Of a DNA stretch of 64,000 nt, positions 10,286 to 21,186 are shown one piece after another; the first letter of the stretch is position 1; each line of letters begins with the position of its first letter. The DNA comes from Alphaproteobacteria bacterium (GTDB lineage: Bacteria; Pseudomonadota; Alphaproteobacteria; CADEGL01): contig JAPLOM010000026.1 in NCBI GenBank assembly GCA_026400755.1, forward strand, positions 928 through 64,927, written 5' to 3'. The notes beneath the pieces were generated by a model, which worked only from the letters and a program-made list of their open reading frames with translations, was not told where the DNA came from and searched no databases. Position numbers and translations under genes: made by a program.

Positions 10286-11031
10286 ACCGTATGTCCACAC
10301 GTCGCCCGTCCACGCCGATCCGCATCGACCTTCAGATCATCGCCGACATGGTGAAGCCGGGCAGCCGCGTGCTCGACATCGGCTGCGGCGACGGCGCACT
10401 GCTGGACCACCTGGTCCACGAAAAGCAGGTCGACGGGCGCGGCATCGAGATCAAGCAGGAAGGCGTCAACGCCTGCGTCACCCACGGATTATCGGTCATC
10501 CATGGTGATGCCGACGAGGATCTGGACGATTATCCGTCCGACGCCTTCGACTACGTGATCCTGTCGCGTACCCTGCAGAACACGCGCGACCCGCGCTGGG
10601 TGCTCGGCGAGCTGGTGCGCATCTCCCAGCACGCCATCGTCTCATTCCCCAATTTCGGCTATTGGCGCGTTCGCTGGCAGTTGCTGCTGCGCGGACGTAT
10701 GCCCGTGACGGCATTGTTCGACGATCCGTGGCACACGAGCCCGAACATCCATCCCTGCACGATTCTGGATTTCGCCGTCCTGTGCCGTGACATGGGCATC
10801 AAGATCACCCGCCAGATCTCGCTGACCAAGACGGGGCAGAAGATCGGGCCCTGGATGCCACAGGCTCTCTCGAATTTGATGGCCGAACAGGCCGTGTTCC
10901 TGCTCAGCCGGGGGAATCGACCCCGGTTCGTGTCAGGCCGCCTGGCACGGGCGCATAGACGCGCCGGCCGCTCTTTTCCCGGCTTCGCGTGGCGCCTGCG
11001 GCGTAGATTTGCTTGCCGGCCTCGACAATGA
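10282..11031 (+). CDS. metW: methionine biosynthesis protein MetW
   Basis: MetW motif ([13 protein letters not shown]...[15 protein letters not shown]); ATGA overlap with metX stop. The last ~40 codons are Arg-rich and overlap the convergent gene, so the true C-terminus may be earlier. Confidence 0.8.
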   Translation: MNRMSTRRPSTPIRIDLQIIADMVKPGSRVLDIGCGDGALLDHLVHEKQVDGRGIEIKQEGVNACVTHGLSVIHGDADEDLDDYPSDAFDYVILSRTLQNTRDPRWVLGELVRISQHAIVSFPNFGYWRVRWQLLLRGRMPVTALFDDPWHTSPNIHPCTILDFAVLCRDMGIKITRQISLTKTGQKIGPWMPQALSNLMAEQAVFLLSRGNRPRFVSGRLARAHRRAGRSFPGFAWRLRRRFACRPRQ

Positions 11032-11653
11032 CCACACCCGAGAAACGCTCCAACCACGGGTCGCCCAGGCGCTCCCACGCGCGCGCGGTGGCCTGGAGCA
11101 TGCGCGAACGCACAGGCGGAACGTAGAGCGCGCCGGTCGATCGCAGCGGCGTGAACATGTTCTCGCGCAACAACAACGAAAGCTGGCGTTGGGTATAGGT
11201 ATGGCCTTGGCCGAACGGCGTGCGCTCCAAAAGAGCCCAGATGCCGCGGCGATTCGGCGCCACCACCAGCAACCGTCCGCGGTCGGACAGGACGCGCCAT
11301 ACCTCGCGCAGCAAGGGACGAAGCTGCTCGCTGAACTCGATGCCGTGGACCATGATGATGCGGTCAACCGACAAATCGGGCAGCGGCAACTCGGCCTCCT
11401 CGGCCAGCCCAACCAGGCCACGCTCGCCCACTGGCCAATGCACGACACCCTGTGCGGCGGGCATCAGCGCGATGACGCGGCTGGCCTCGCCGCGAAAGAG
11501 CGGCAGATAGGGCGTGGCGTAGCCGAGCCCCAAAACCCCATCGCCGCGCACGTCCGGCCACAGCGCGCGCAAGCGCGCGCGAACGATACGGGTCGCCAGC
11601 GCACCCAGCGTGCTGTCGTAAAAATCGCGTAGATCGACCACGTCGGGCGCCAT
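10904..11653 (-). CDS. class I SAM-dependent methyltransferase
   Basis: Methyltransf_11-like glycine-rich motif (VLGLGYATP), 249 aa. Confidence 0.7.
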   Translation of the reverse strand: MAPDVVDLRDFYDSTLGALATRIVRARLRALWPDVRGDGVLGLGYATPYLPLFRGEASRVIALMPAAQGVVHWPVGERGLVGLAEEAELPLPDLSVDRIIMVHGIEFSEQLRPLLREVWRVLSDRGRLLVVAPNRRGIWALLERTPFGQGHTYTQRQLSLLLRENMFTPLRSTGALYVPPVRSRMLQATARAWERLGDPWLERFSGVVIVEAGKQIYAAGATRSREKSGRRVYAPVPGGLTRTGVDSPG

Positions 11654-11743
11654 GGGTGCAGTCTAGCAGCGCGCTCCGGGCAGCGATATTCTTGGCGCCT
11701 CTCGGAGCCACCCGGCTCCCATCCCACTGCACGGAGCCCTGCG

Positions 11744-12343
11744 ATGAAGCTGCGCTATTCGCCCACGTCGCCCTATGCCCGCAAAGTCTTGATCGTCGCG
11801 AAGGAAACCGGTCTCGACGGCAAGATCCAGATCGTGGAAACCAAGCTAGGGCCCGATTCCGATATTCATCAGCAGAATCCGTTGGGCAAGGTGCCCACCA
11901 TGGTCCTGGACGACGGCACGGCGATCTTCGATTCGCCGGTGATCTGCGAATATATCGACAGCCAGTCCACGGGCGCCAAGATGTTTCCGCCCGCGGGCCC
12001 GGCGCGCTGGAAGGCGCTAGTGATGCAAGGCCTTGCCGACGGGTTGATGGACGCATCACTGGCCCGCCGCGGCGAAGTAATGCGGCCTGCCGACAAGCAA
12101 AGCCCCGATGCGCTCAACAAGCAGACTGGTGTCATGGCGCGCGTGCTGGACACGCTGGAAAAGCGCGTCGCCGAGTTGGACGGGCCGGTCACCATCGGCC
12201 AGGTCACCGTCGGCTGCGCGCTCGGTTATCTCGACCTGCGGTTCGCCGACGACCAGTGGCGCAAGACGCGCCCAAAGCTGGCCGCCTGGTTCGAGATCTT
12301 CTCCAAGCGCCCGTCGATGGCCTCCACGGTTCCGCCCACCTGA
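11744..12343 (+). CDS. glutathione S-transferase
   Basis: GST N- and C-terminal domain signatures (YSPTSPYARKV...LGKVPTMVLDDG). Confidence 0.85.
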   Translation: MKLRYSPTSPYARKVLIVAKETGLDGKIQIVETKLGPDSDIHQQNPLGKVPTMVLDDGTAIFDSPVICEYIDSQSTGAKMFPPAGPARWKALVMQGLADGLMDASLARRGEVMRPADKQSPDALNKQTGVMARVLDTLEKRVAELDGPVTIGQVTVGCALGYLDLRFADDQWRKTRPKLAAWFEIFSKRPSMASTVPPT

Positions 12344-12344
12344 G

Positions 12345-12782
12345 ATGGCTTTGTCCGCGCGGATGACCGCCGAGGAGGTCGTGCGCCTCCTCGGCCTCGT
12401 CCGACATCCGGAAGGCGGCTATTTCAAGGAAACCTACCGGCATGCGCCACCCGGTGGCGGGCGGGGCGCCATGACGGCCATCTATTTTCTGCTGCCGAAG
12501 GGCGAGCGCTCGGCGTGGCACCGGGTCGATGCCGACGAGATGTGGCACCATTACGCGGGGGCCGCCCTGCGCCTCGATATTGCCATCGACGGCGAGCCGG
12601 CCGAATCGGTGCAGCTTGGCCCGGACCTCGCGGCCGGCCAGCGGCCGCAAGCATTGGTTCCCGCCCACGCATGGCAAGCCGCCGAAAGCGAAGGCGATTG
12701 GACGCTGGTCGGCTGTACCGTGGCGCCGGCCTTCGAATTCGCGGGTTTCGAGATGGCGCCCTCAGGCTGGACGCCACGCTAA
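12345..12782 (+). CDS. cupin-fold protein (DUF985-like)
   Basis: 146-aa product with cupin motif (WHRVDADEMWHHYAG); ATG 1 nt after GST stop. Confidence 0.7.
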   Translation: MALSARMTAEEVVRLLGLVRHPEGGYFKETYRHAPPGGGRGAMTAIYFLLPKGERSAWHRVDADEMWHHYAGAALRLDIAIDGEPAESVQLGPDLAAGQRPQALVPAHAWQAAESEGDWTLVGCTVAPAFEFAGFEMAPSGWTPR

Positions 12783-12786
12783 ATCG

Positions 12787-13689
12787 TCAGGCCGCGCGGC
12801 GGCGCCAAAGATCGCGCGAGGCCAGCACCGCACCGCCCGCGATCAGAATGCACGCCACGGCGATCGACACGCTGGGCTCGGCAAAACCGAAGATGACAAG
12901 CAACACCGTGGACAGGAGCGGCACGCCGTAGGACAGGCCGCCGAGCGAGCGGATATCGCCGCGCTTCACGGCATAGTCCCACGCGAAGAACGCCCCGCCG
13001 GCCGGTCCCAGACCGAGCGCCAGGATCGCGATCCATTCGCCGGGTGTCGGCCAGACCCATGTCTCGACCGCCAGATGGCAGACCAACGCCAGCACCGCGG
13101 TCCCCAAGCAAAACCCGCCCACGGCGTCCGTCGGCACGTGGCTCAGATAGCGGCGGCTGGCCAGGGAATAGAGCCCCCACGTGAGCGCGCCTGCAAAGGC
13201 CATCCCATAGCCCCAAGCTTGTCCGGCCTCGATCGACGCGCTGCCGTCGCCTCGCACCAGAATCGCCGCGCCGATCAGGCCTAAGACCGAACCCGCGACA
13301 TGCCACCAGCGCAATCGCTCGCCGGGCAAAAGCGCCGACAACATCACGACGAACAACGGCCACAGATAATTCAGCAGATTGACGTGGACGGGCGGCGCCA
13401 TGCGCAGGGCGAAGAAGTAAAGCAGGTGATAGCCGAACAACCCCCCGATGCCGATCAGCCACGCGCGCCGCGGTAGGCGCAAATGCGAGATGACTGATTC
13501 GCCGCGCACGAGCCATCGGCCGAGGGCCAAGAGAAACGCGATCGAAAAACACAAGGTGACGAGCTGGAACGACGGAATCCCACGCGCACCCGTGGCGAAC
13601 AAGGCAAGCGCGGACCACATGGCCAGCGCCGAAGCGCCGACCATGGTCGCGCGCAACACGCCGCGGTCGGCGCGGTCTGATGTCGTCAT
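12787..13689 (-). CDS. EamA/DMT-family transporter
   Basis: 10-TM profile with duplicated EamA domains. Confidence 0.8.
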   Translation of the reverse strand: MTTSDRADRGVLRATMVGASALAMWSALALFATGARGIPSFQLVTLCFSIAFLLALGRWLVRGESVISHLRLPRRAWLIGIGGLFGYHLLYFFALRMAPPVHVNLLNYLWPLFVVMLSALLPGERLRWWHVAGSVLGLIGAAILVRGDGSASIEAGQAWGYGMAFAGALTWGLYSLASRRYLSHVPTDAVGGFCLGTAVLALVCHLAVETWVWPTPGEWIAILALGLGPAGGAFFAWDYAVKRGDIRSLGGLSYGVPLLSTVLLVIFGFAEPSVSIAVACILIAGGAVLASRDLWRRRAA

Positions 13690-13719
13690 GGACGGAATCC
13701 AGCGCGGCGCGGGGCCGGC

Positions 13720-14442
13720 TCAGTACATATGCTGGCCGCCGTTGATCGACATGGTCGAGCCGGTGATGAAGCCGGCGTCGTCGGCGACCAGGAACAGGAC
13801 ACCCCGCGCGATGTCCTCGGCCTTACCCAGGCGGCCGACAGGGATGCGCGCCACGATCTTCTCCAGCACGTTCGGCGGCACCGCGCGCACCATGTCGGTG
13901 TCGACATAGCCCGGCGCGATGGCATTGACCGTGATGTTCTGCGCCGCACCTTCCTGCGCCAGCGCCTTGGTGAAGCCGTGGATGCCGGACTTGGCGGCGG
14001 CGTAGTTCACCTGGCCGTACTGGCCGGCCTGACCGTTGATCGAGCCGATGTTGACGATGCGGCCGAACTTGCGCTCGCGCATCGATTCGATGACGCAGCG
14101 GCACATGTTGAAGCAGGAACCGATATTGGTGTCGATGACGCTCTGCCAGGATTCGGCGGACATCCGGTGGAGCGTGCCGTCGCGCGTGATGCCAGCGTTG
14201 TTCACCAGCACGTCGACCGGGCCTAGGTCGGACGCGATCTTCGCGATTGAGGCCTGGCAAGCCTTGAAGTCCGAAACGTCGAACTTGTAGACCGGGATGC
14301 TAGTCTCCTTGCGGAAGGCATCCGCTGCCGCATCGCTGCTCGCATAGTTGGCGGCCACGATATAGCCCTTGTCCTTCAAGGCGATGCTGATCGCCCTCCC
14401 GATACCGCGCGTGCCGCCGGTCACAACCGCCACCCGAGCCAT
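13720..14442 (-). CDS. phaB: acetoacetyl-CoA reductase
   Basis: SDR with VTGGTRGIG and NYAAAK motifs; high similarity to PhaB; GGGAGG RBS before ATG 14442. Confidence 0.9.
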   Translation of the reverse strand: MARVAVVTGGTRGIGRAISIALKDKGYIVAANYASSDAAADAFRKETSIPVYKFDVSDFKACQASIAKIASDLGPVDVLVNNAGITRDGTLHRMSAESWQSVIDTNIGSCFNMCRCVIESMRERKFGRIVNIGSINGQAGQYGQVNYAAAKSGIHGFTKALAQEGAAQNITVNAIAPGYVDTDMVRAVPPNVLEKIVARIPVGRLGKAEDIARGVLFLVADDAGFITGSTMSINGGQHMY

Positions 14443-14581
14443 ACGAACCTCCCTGCCGCGGGCCATACGGCCGCGATCCCGTGGATTATGGAATCAATTT
14501 ATACCGTCGCGGGGGGAGGTGTCCGGGGCGATTTCGAAAGGCTGGAATGCGCCCCGGACAGACCGGCGTCTTGAAACGTTC

Positions 14582-15937
<1,356 letters not shown>

Positions 15938-17170
15938 TCAGGCCTTCTGGCGCGCCTTGCGGCCAGGAATGGAAGCCAGCCATGTGGCCAGCGGCGTCCA
16001 CACTTCAGCGGGCGCGCGGGCGCCGACGATCATGCCGATATGACCAAGTCCGGTCGTCACCAGCTTGGCCCCGGGAATGGCATGGGCCAGCGCGAGAGCA
16101 GACTTGGGCGGCACGATGCGGTCGCGTTCCGGCACGATCACCAGGGCAGGCGAGGCGACGGCGGCGGGATCGACCGCGCGGCCGGCAACGCGCCATTCGC
16201 CGTGCGCCGTATCGTTGCGCCCGTACCAGCCGGTCATGCAGGCATGGGCGACGGGGGCCGCCAGCGGCACGCCGTCGTTCGCCCAATCCTCCAGCGCCAC
16301 GAACGCCTCGGCATCCGCCGAGGACGGTTCGAGCGCGGCGAAGCCCTGAAACTTCCGAAGCGAGAGATAGGGGTCGAGGCCGGCGAAGAGAATTTGCAGA
16401 AGATCGACCGGCATCTCGCCCGCCTGATCGATGAACGGCCACAGCGGCGCCATCAGCGCGGCCAACGCGCGCGCCTGCTCGGGCCGCTCGGCGTGGAAGT
16501 CCCAGGGCGTGGCCAAAAGCGCCAGCGCGGCCACGTCGCGCGGACGCCGCGTCGACAACGCCAGCGCCAGATCGCCGCCCATGCAGTAGCCCAGCACCAA
16601 GGGTGCTTCGTGCGTGATCTCCAAGGCCGCGTCGAGCGCGCGTTCGAGGCGGCCCGCGATATAGGCGTCGAGATCGAATCCGCGCTCCACGTCGCCAGGT
16701 TTCCCCCAGTCGACCAGCAGCGGACGAAAGCCCCGCACCGAGAGGTGACGCAGCAGGCTCCGCCCCTCGACCAGGTCGAGCACGTAGGCGCGGTTAATCA
16801 ACGAGGGCGCCACGAGGACGGGCCGTCCTTCGGGCGGACCATAGTCGAGCAGGCGCGTCGTGCCCTCTGCCCACACGGCGGGCGGATCGGTCAACGCGCG
16901 GCGATAGGGATGGCCGCGATAGGCTTCGATACCGGAGAGGAAACGATCGGTCCGCGCGCGGACCTCGCGCTCAAGCGCGGCGGCGAGCTTTTTTGGATCG
17001 GCTACCTGGACGTCCCTTGCCAGTTCCGCCGCGCGGGCTTCGAGCGCCGGCTTCCAAGGCAGCGAGCCGTTTCTCAACAGCGGCAAGGCGCCGAGCGAGC
17101 CCAGATACGTCGCCAGCGCCGTTCCCAGGTGATACCCCAGCGGTCGCGGGCCGCTTCGCGCGGCCTTCAA
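15938..17170 (-). CDS. phaC: short PHA-synthase-like alpha/beta hydrolase (Cys lipase box)
   Basis: alpha/beta-hydrolase with G-Y-C-M-G-G box (Cys nucleophile as in PHA synthases); immediately upstream of phaA-phaB and divergent from phaR. Confidence 0.7.
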   Translation of the reverse strand: MKAARSGPRPLGYHLGTALATYLGSLGALPLLRNGSLPWKPALEARAAELARDVQVADPKKLAAALEREVRARTDRFLSGIEAYRGHPYRRALTDPPAVWAEGTTRLLDYGPPEGRPVLVAPSLINRAYVLDLVEGRSLLRHLSVRGFRPLLVDWGKPGDVERGFDLDAYIAGRLERALDAALEITHEAPLVLGYCMGGDLALALSTRRPRDVAALALLATPWDFHAERPEQARALAALMAPLWPFIDQAGEMPVDLLQILFAGLDPYLSLRKFQGFAALEPSSADAEAFVALEDWANDGVPLAAPVAHACMTGWYGRNDTAHGEWRVAGRAVDPAAVASPALVIVPERDRIVPPKSALALAHAIPGAKLVTTGLGHIGMIVGARAPAEVWTPLATWLASIPGRKARQKA

Positions 17171-17351
17171 CGTTGCCGCCCGGTATAGAGGCGAGCGTGG
17201 CGGCCAATGCCGCGGCCCCTCCGCCCATCGTCTCGAGCCATCGGGTCAACGCCTCGCTCAGTTCGGGATCGGATGCCGCGGCGCCCAGTTGCGCCTGCCA
17301 CAAATCGAGCACGCGGCGGGCCAGCTCATCGAAATCAGGCGGCTCGGTCAT
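16971..17351 (-). CDS. hypothetical protein upstream of phaC-like gene; possible PHA synthase accessory subunit or N-terminal part of phaC separated by a frame change
   Basis: 127-aa ORF from ATG 17351 (MTEPPDFDELARRVLDLWQ...) with coiled-coil-like C-terminus; overlaps phaC-like ORF by 200 bp in another frame. Confidence 0.3.
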   Translation of the reverse strand: MTEPPDFDELARRVLDLWQAQLGAAASDPELSEALTRWLETMGGGAAALAATLASIPGGNVEGRAKRPATAGVSPGNGAGDVSGLARRLAAVEKRLAALEAGARSPRGGTGKGRPGSRSKKARRRA

Positions 17352-17414
17352 GGGGCGAGTATAGCGGGCACGGCGTGACGCCGCCATGACACGAAGCGGC
17401 AAAGAGCACGTAAC

Positions 17415-17472
17415 ATATTGAAAATATTCAAAATGCTGCGCAGCAAATTTGCTTGCGCGGCGCAATATTTGC
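17415..17472. promoter_or_regulatory. cluster of palindromes (candidate PhaR operator sites) in phaR / phaC divergent intergenic region
   Basis: GCTGCGCAGC (17434-17443), GCAAATTTGC (17442-17451), GCAATATTTGC (17461-17471), TTGAAAATATTCAA (17417-17430). Confidence 0.4.
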
Positions 17473-17526
17473 CCTCACTTTGGATTATTGCGGGTGGTGC
17501 AAGCCCGCGTTTCCGAAAGCGCGGTA

Positions 17527-18138
17527 ATGGCAGAGCAAGGCGAAGACAAGAAGACGTCGGTCACGATCAAGAAATACGCCAACCGTCGCCTCTACAATAC
17601 GGCCACGTCGAGCTACGTCACGCTCGATGATCTGTGCCAGATGGTGAAGCAGGGCATCGTGTTCACCGTGTTCGACGCGAAGAGCGGCGACGACATCACC
17701 CGCTCGGTCCTGACCCAGATCATCGTCGAGGAAGAGGGCAAGGGCGGCCAGAACCTTCTGCCCATCGGCTTCCTGCGCCAGCTTATCGGCTTCTACGGCG
17801 ACAGCCTGCAGGGCCTCGTGCCGCGCTATCTCGAGCAGAGCATGATGTCGTTCATCCAGAACCAGGAGCATATGCGCGACTATATGCGCAACGCGCTGGG
17901 CGGCCTGTTCCCGTTCAATCAGTTCGAGGAGATGGGCAAGCAGAACATGGCCATGATGGAAAAGGCCATGAAGATGTTCGCCCCGTTCGCGCGCGAGGGC
18001 CAAGCTAAGGCCGACGCGGAAGCGGCCCCGTCCGGCAGCGACGGCGGCGGCGGCGGCGACAAGCTGGGCGAGCTACAGAAGCAGATCGACGCCCTGCAGA
18101 AGCAGGTTCAGGATTTAGGCCGCAACCGGCGCGAATAG
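17527..18138 (+). CDS. phaR: polyhydroxyalkanoate synthesis repressor PhaR
   Basis: PhaR N-terminus (IKKYANRRLYNTATSSYVTLDDL) and C-terminal PHB-binding repeats. Confidence 0.85.
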   Translation: MAEQGEDKKTSVTIKKYANRRLYNTATSSYVTLDDLCQMVKQGIVFTVFDAKSGDDITRSVLTQIIVEEEGKGGQNLLPIGFLRQLIGFYGDSLQGLVPRYLEQSMMSFIQNQEHMRDYMRNALGGLFPFNQFEEMGKQNMAMMEKAMKMFAPFAREGQAKADAEAAPSGSDGGGGGDKLGELQKQIDALQKQVQDLGRNRRE

Positions 18139-18144
18139 CGCGGC

Positions 18145-18516
18145 CTATTTCGGCTGCTTCGCCAGCCACGCGCGCAGGAACTCGATCTCCTTCGTCTGCG
18201 CCACAATCACCTCTTCCGCCAGCTGCTTGATCTCGGGGTCCTTGCCCTTCGCCAGCACGTCCTTGGCCATCGCCACGGCCATCTCGTGATGGGCGATCAT
18301 TTCCTGCGCGAAATCCTTGTCGGCATCGCCGGTCAGCGCGGTGCCCATCGGCCCTGTGCCCGGCGTCTGGCCATGGCCCGCATGACCCGCGGGCGCCTCC
18401 GTGACGGGCGCGGGCTCAGGCACGGGGCGATGCACGAAGGTGCCCAGCAGGAACCAGGCGATCACCGCCGCGACCACGCCGACCAGGGCCGACTGCGCCA
18501 GTTGCTTCGTTCTCAT
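18145..18516 (-). CDS. DUF305-family protein (copper-resistance associated)
   Basis: Signal/TM N-terminus plus DUF305 motif (MIAHHEMAVAMA...VIVAQTKEIEFL); adjacent to copA. Confidence 0.7.
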   Translation of the reverse strand: MRTKQLAQSALVGVVAAVIAWFLLGTFVHRPVPEPAPVTEAPAGHAGHGQTPGTGPMGTALTGDADKDFAQEMIAHHEMAVAMAKDVLAKGKDPEIKQLAEEVIVAQTKEIEFLRAWLAKQPK

Positions 18517-18529
18517 GGATTGTCCCTCT

Positions 18530-20800
18530 TTATAATCTCGCGTGCTTGAGTCGCATGGCGTTGGCGATGACGGAAACCGAACTGAGCGCCATGGCGGCGG
18601 CTGCCACCATCGGATTCAAGAGAACCCCAAAGACGGGGAAGAGAATACCTGCCGCCACAGGCACACCCGCCGCGTTGTAAGCAAAGGCGAAGAACAAATT
18701 TTGCCGGATGTTGCGCATCGTCACCACCGACAACGCACGCGCGCGAACCAGTCCTGCCAGATCGCCCTTCACCAGTGTGACGCCCGCGCTTTGGATCGCG
18801 ACGTCCGTGCCTGTTCCCATGGCGACGCCGACATCCGCCGCGGCCAGGGCTGGTGCGTCGTTGACGCCGTCGCCGGCCATCGCGACCACCCGTCCTTCGG
18901 CGCGCAAGCGGCGGACAATATCGCCTTTCCGTTCGGGCAGAACGTCGGCCTCGACTTCTTCGATATCCAGCGACTTGGCGACCGCCTCGGCCGTGATCCT
19001 ATTGTCCCCCGTCAGCATCACGATACGCAGGCCCGCGCGCCGCAACGCGTCCAGGGCCGCCGGCGTCGAGGCCTTGATCGGGTCCGCGATGGCGATCAGG
19101 CCGACCGGCCGCGCACCTTCGGCCAGAAGCACGACCGTCGCGCCGTCATGGCGCAGCACGTCGGCGCGCGCGGACAGGGCCGCATCATCCACGCCCAGGT
19201 CAGCCATCAGCGCGGCGTTGCCCAAGGCCACGCGCACGCCGGAAATCGTTCCCGTCACGCCCTTGCCCACGACAGCCTCGAACGCCTGCACGGCCGGTAT
19301 GTCGAGCTTGCTTTCGCCCGCGGCGGCGAGGATCGCGGAGGCTAGCGGATGCTCGCTTCCCTTCTCCAGCGCGGCGGCCAGGCGCAGCACATCCGTCTCG
19401 TCGCGGCCGTGCGCCGGCACGACTTCCGTCACGCGCGGCTTCCCTTCCGTCAGCGTGCCGGTCTTGTCGATGACGACGGTGTCGACCTTCTCGAACCGCT
19501 CCAGCGCTTCCGCGTCGCGAATTAGGATGCCGAGGGACGCGCCGCGACCGACGCCAACCATGATCGACATGGGCGTAGCCAAGCCGAGCGCGCACGGACA
19601 AGCGATGATCAGCACCGACACCGCGGCGGCCAGGCCGTAGGCCAGGCTGGGGCTCGGCCCGAACGCCGCCCAAACGACAAAGGCCACGACCGCCACGGCG
19701 ATGACGGCGGGCACGAACCAGGACGAGACGCGATCGGCCAGGCGCTGGATCGGCGCGCGGCTGCGTTGGGCGTCGGCCACCATCTGGACGATGCGCGCCA
19801 ACATCGTCTCGGCGCCCACCTTCTGCGCCCGTATGACCAGTGTGCCGCGCCCGTTGAGCGTGCCGCCGATCACGGTGTCCCCGACGCCCTTCTCGACAGG
19901 CATGGCCTCGCCGGTGACCATCGATTCATCGACGCCGCTGCGCCCTTCGATCACGACGCCATCGACCGGCACGCGCTCGCCGGGACGGATGCGCAGGATA
20001 TCGCCTAGCTGCACCTCATCGAGCGGCACGTCATCGTCGCCATGGGCGCCGACGCGCCGGGCGGTCTTGGGTGCCAGGTCGAGCAGCGCGCGGATCGCAT
20101 CGCCCGTGCGTGCGCGCGCACGCAGCTCCAGCACCTGGCCCAACAGGACCAGAACGACGATCACGGACGCGGCCTCGAAATAGACGGCAACGCTTCCGTC
20201 CGCGGCGCGAAACCCGGCCGGAAACAGGCCAGGCGCCAGGACGGCCGCCGCGCTGTACAGAAAGGCCGCGCCCGTGCCGATGGCGATCAAGGTGAACATG
20301 TTGAGGTTGCCCGTGCGCAGCGAGGCCCATCCGCGCGCGAAGAACGGAAAGCCAGCCCAAAGCACGACGGGAATGGCGAAGACGAACTGGAGCCACACCG
20401 ACAGAACGTGCGGCACGAGATCGTGCAGGCCCAGCGCCGGAATGTGCCCGCCCATCTCCAGCACGACGACCGGCAGCGCCAATGCGCCGCCGATCCAGAA
20501 GCGCCGCGTCATGTCGGCCAGCTCAGGATTGGGCGCTTCGTCGCGCGAAGGTGCTGCGGGCTCGAGCGCCATGCCGCAGATCGGACACGCCCCAGGCCCT
20601 TTCTGCCGAACCTCCGGATGCATAGGGCAAGTGTAGATTGCATCGGCCGCGCCCGTAGGCAGCGGTGCGAGCGGCTTCAGATACTTCGCGGGGTCGACCG
20701 TCATGCCGCACACCGGATCTTTAACGGCCGCGCCATGCCCGCAATAGGACCCGTGCGTGGAACCGTCGTGGGAATGCCCGTGATGGGAATGATCCGTCAT
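18530..20800 (-). CDS. copA: copper-translocating P1B-type ATPase
   Basis: CPC transmembrane motif ([13 protein letters not shown]), DKTGTLT phosphorylation site, GDGVNDAP hinge; His-rich N-terminus with two CGM (TRASH/YHS-like) metal-binding motifs. Confidence 0.9.
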   Translation of the reverse strand: MTDHSHHGHSHDGSTHGSYCGHGAAVKDPVCGMTVDPAKYLKPLAPLPTGAADAIYTCPMHPEVRQKGPGACPICGMALEPAAPSRDEAPNPELADMTRRFWIGGALALPVVVLEMGGHIPALGLHDLVPHVLSVWLQFVFAIPVVLWAGFPFFARGWASLRTGNLNMFTLIAIGTGAAFLYSAAAVLAPGLFPAGFRAADGSVAVYFEAASVIVVLVLLGQVLELRARARTGDAIRALLDLAPKTARRVGAHGDDDVPLDEVQLGDILRIRPGERVPVDGVVIEGRSGVDESMVTGEAMPVEKGVGDTVIGGTLNGRGTLVIRAQKVGAETMLARIVQMVADAQRSRAPIQRLADRVSSWFVPAVIAVAVVAFVVWAAFGPSPSLAYGLAAAVSVLIIACPCALGLATPMSIMVGVGRGASLGILIRDAEALERFEKVDTVVIDKTGTLTEGKPRVTEVVPAHGRDETDVLRLAAALEKGSEHPLASAILAAAGESKLDIPAVQAFEAVVGKGVTGTISGVRVALGNAALMADLGVDDAALSARADVLRHDGATVVLLAEGARPVGLIAIADPIKASTPAALDALRRAGLRIVMLTGDNRITAEAVAKSLDIEEVEADVLPERKGDIVRRLRAEGRVVAMAGDGVNDAPALAAADVGVAMGTGTDVAIQSAGVTLVKGDLAGLVRARALSVVTMRNIRQNLFFAFAYNAAGVPVAAGILFPVFGVLLNPMVAAAAMALSSVSVIANAMRLKHARL

Positions 20801-20812
20801 GCTGATTGACTA

Positions 20813-20831
20813 TATACCCTACCAGGGTATA
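20813..20831. promoter_or_regulatory. candidate CsoR operator in copA / csoR divergent intergenic region
   Basis: Perfect inverted repeat TATACCCT-acc-AGGGTATA, resembling the GC-core TACCC...GGGTA operators bound by CsoR. Confidence 0.5.
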
Positions 20832-20841
20832 GTATTCAACC

Positions 20842-21117
20842 ATGACGCCGATAACCAAAAAATCCTGCGCGGATCGCCTGAAGCGCATCGAAGGCCAGAT
20901 CCGCGGCATCGCCCGCATGATCGAGGACGACCGCTACTGCATCGACGTTCTGACCCAGGTGCAGGCCGTGCGCGCCGCGCTGAAGCGCGTCGAAGACGTG
21001 GTCCTGAAAGACCATGTCGAGCATTGCGTCGAACACGCGATCAAGAGCGGCAACGCCGCCGATCAGCGCCGCAAGGTGTCGGAGCTGCTGCAGGTCCTGA
21101 GCAAGGTCCCCGGCTGA
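20842..21117 (+). CDS. csoR: CsoR/RcnR-family metal-sensing transcriptional repressor
   Basis: 91-aa product with W-X-Y-Z fingerprint residues (RYCIDVL...HCVEHA); divergent from copA. Confidence 0.8.
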   Translation: MTPITKKSCADRLKRIEGQIRGIARMIEDDRYCIDVLTQVQAVRAALKRVEDVVLKDHVEHCVEHAIKSGNAADQRRKVSELLQVLSKVPG

Positions 21118-21186
21118 CACCCAAACGAAAAAGCCCGCCGAGGTTTCCCTGCGGCGGGCTTTGTCATTCCAACGTGCGGAAGCGGC

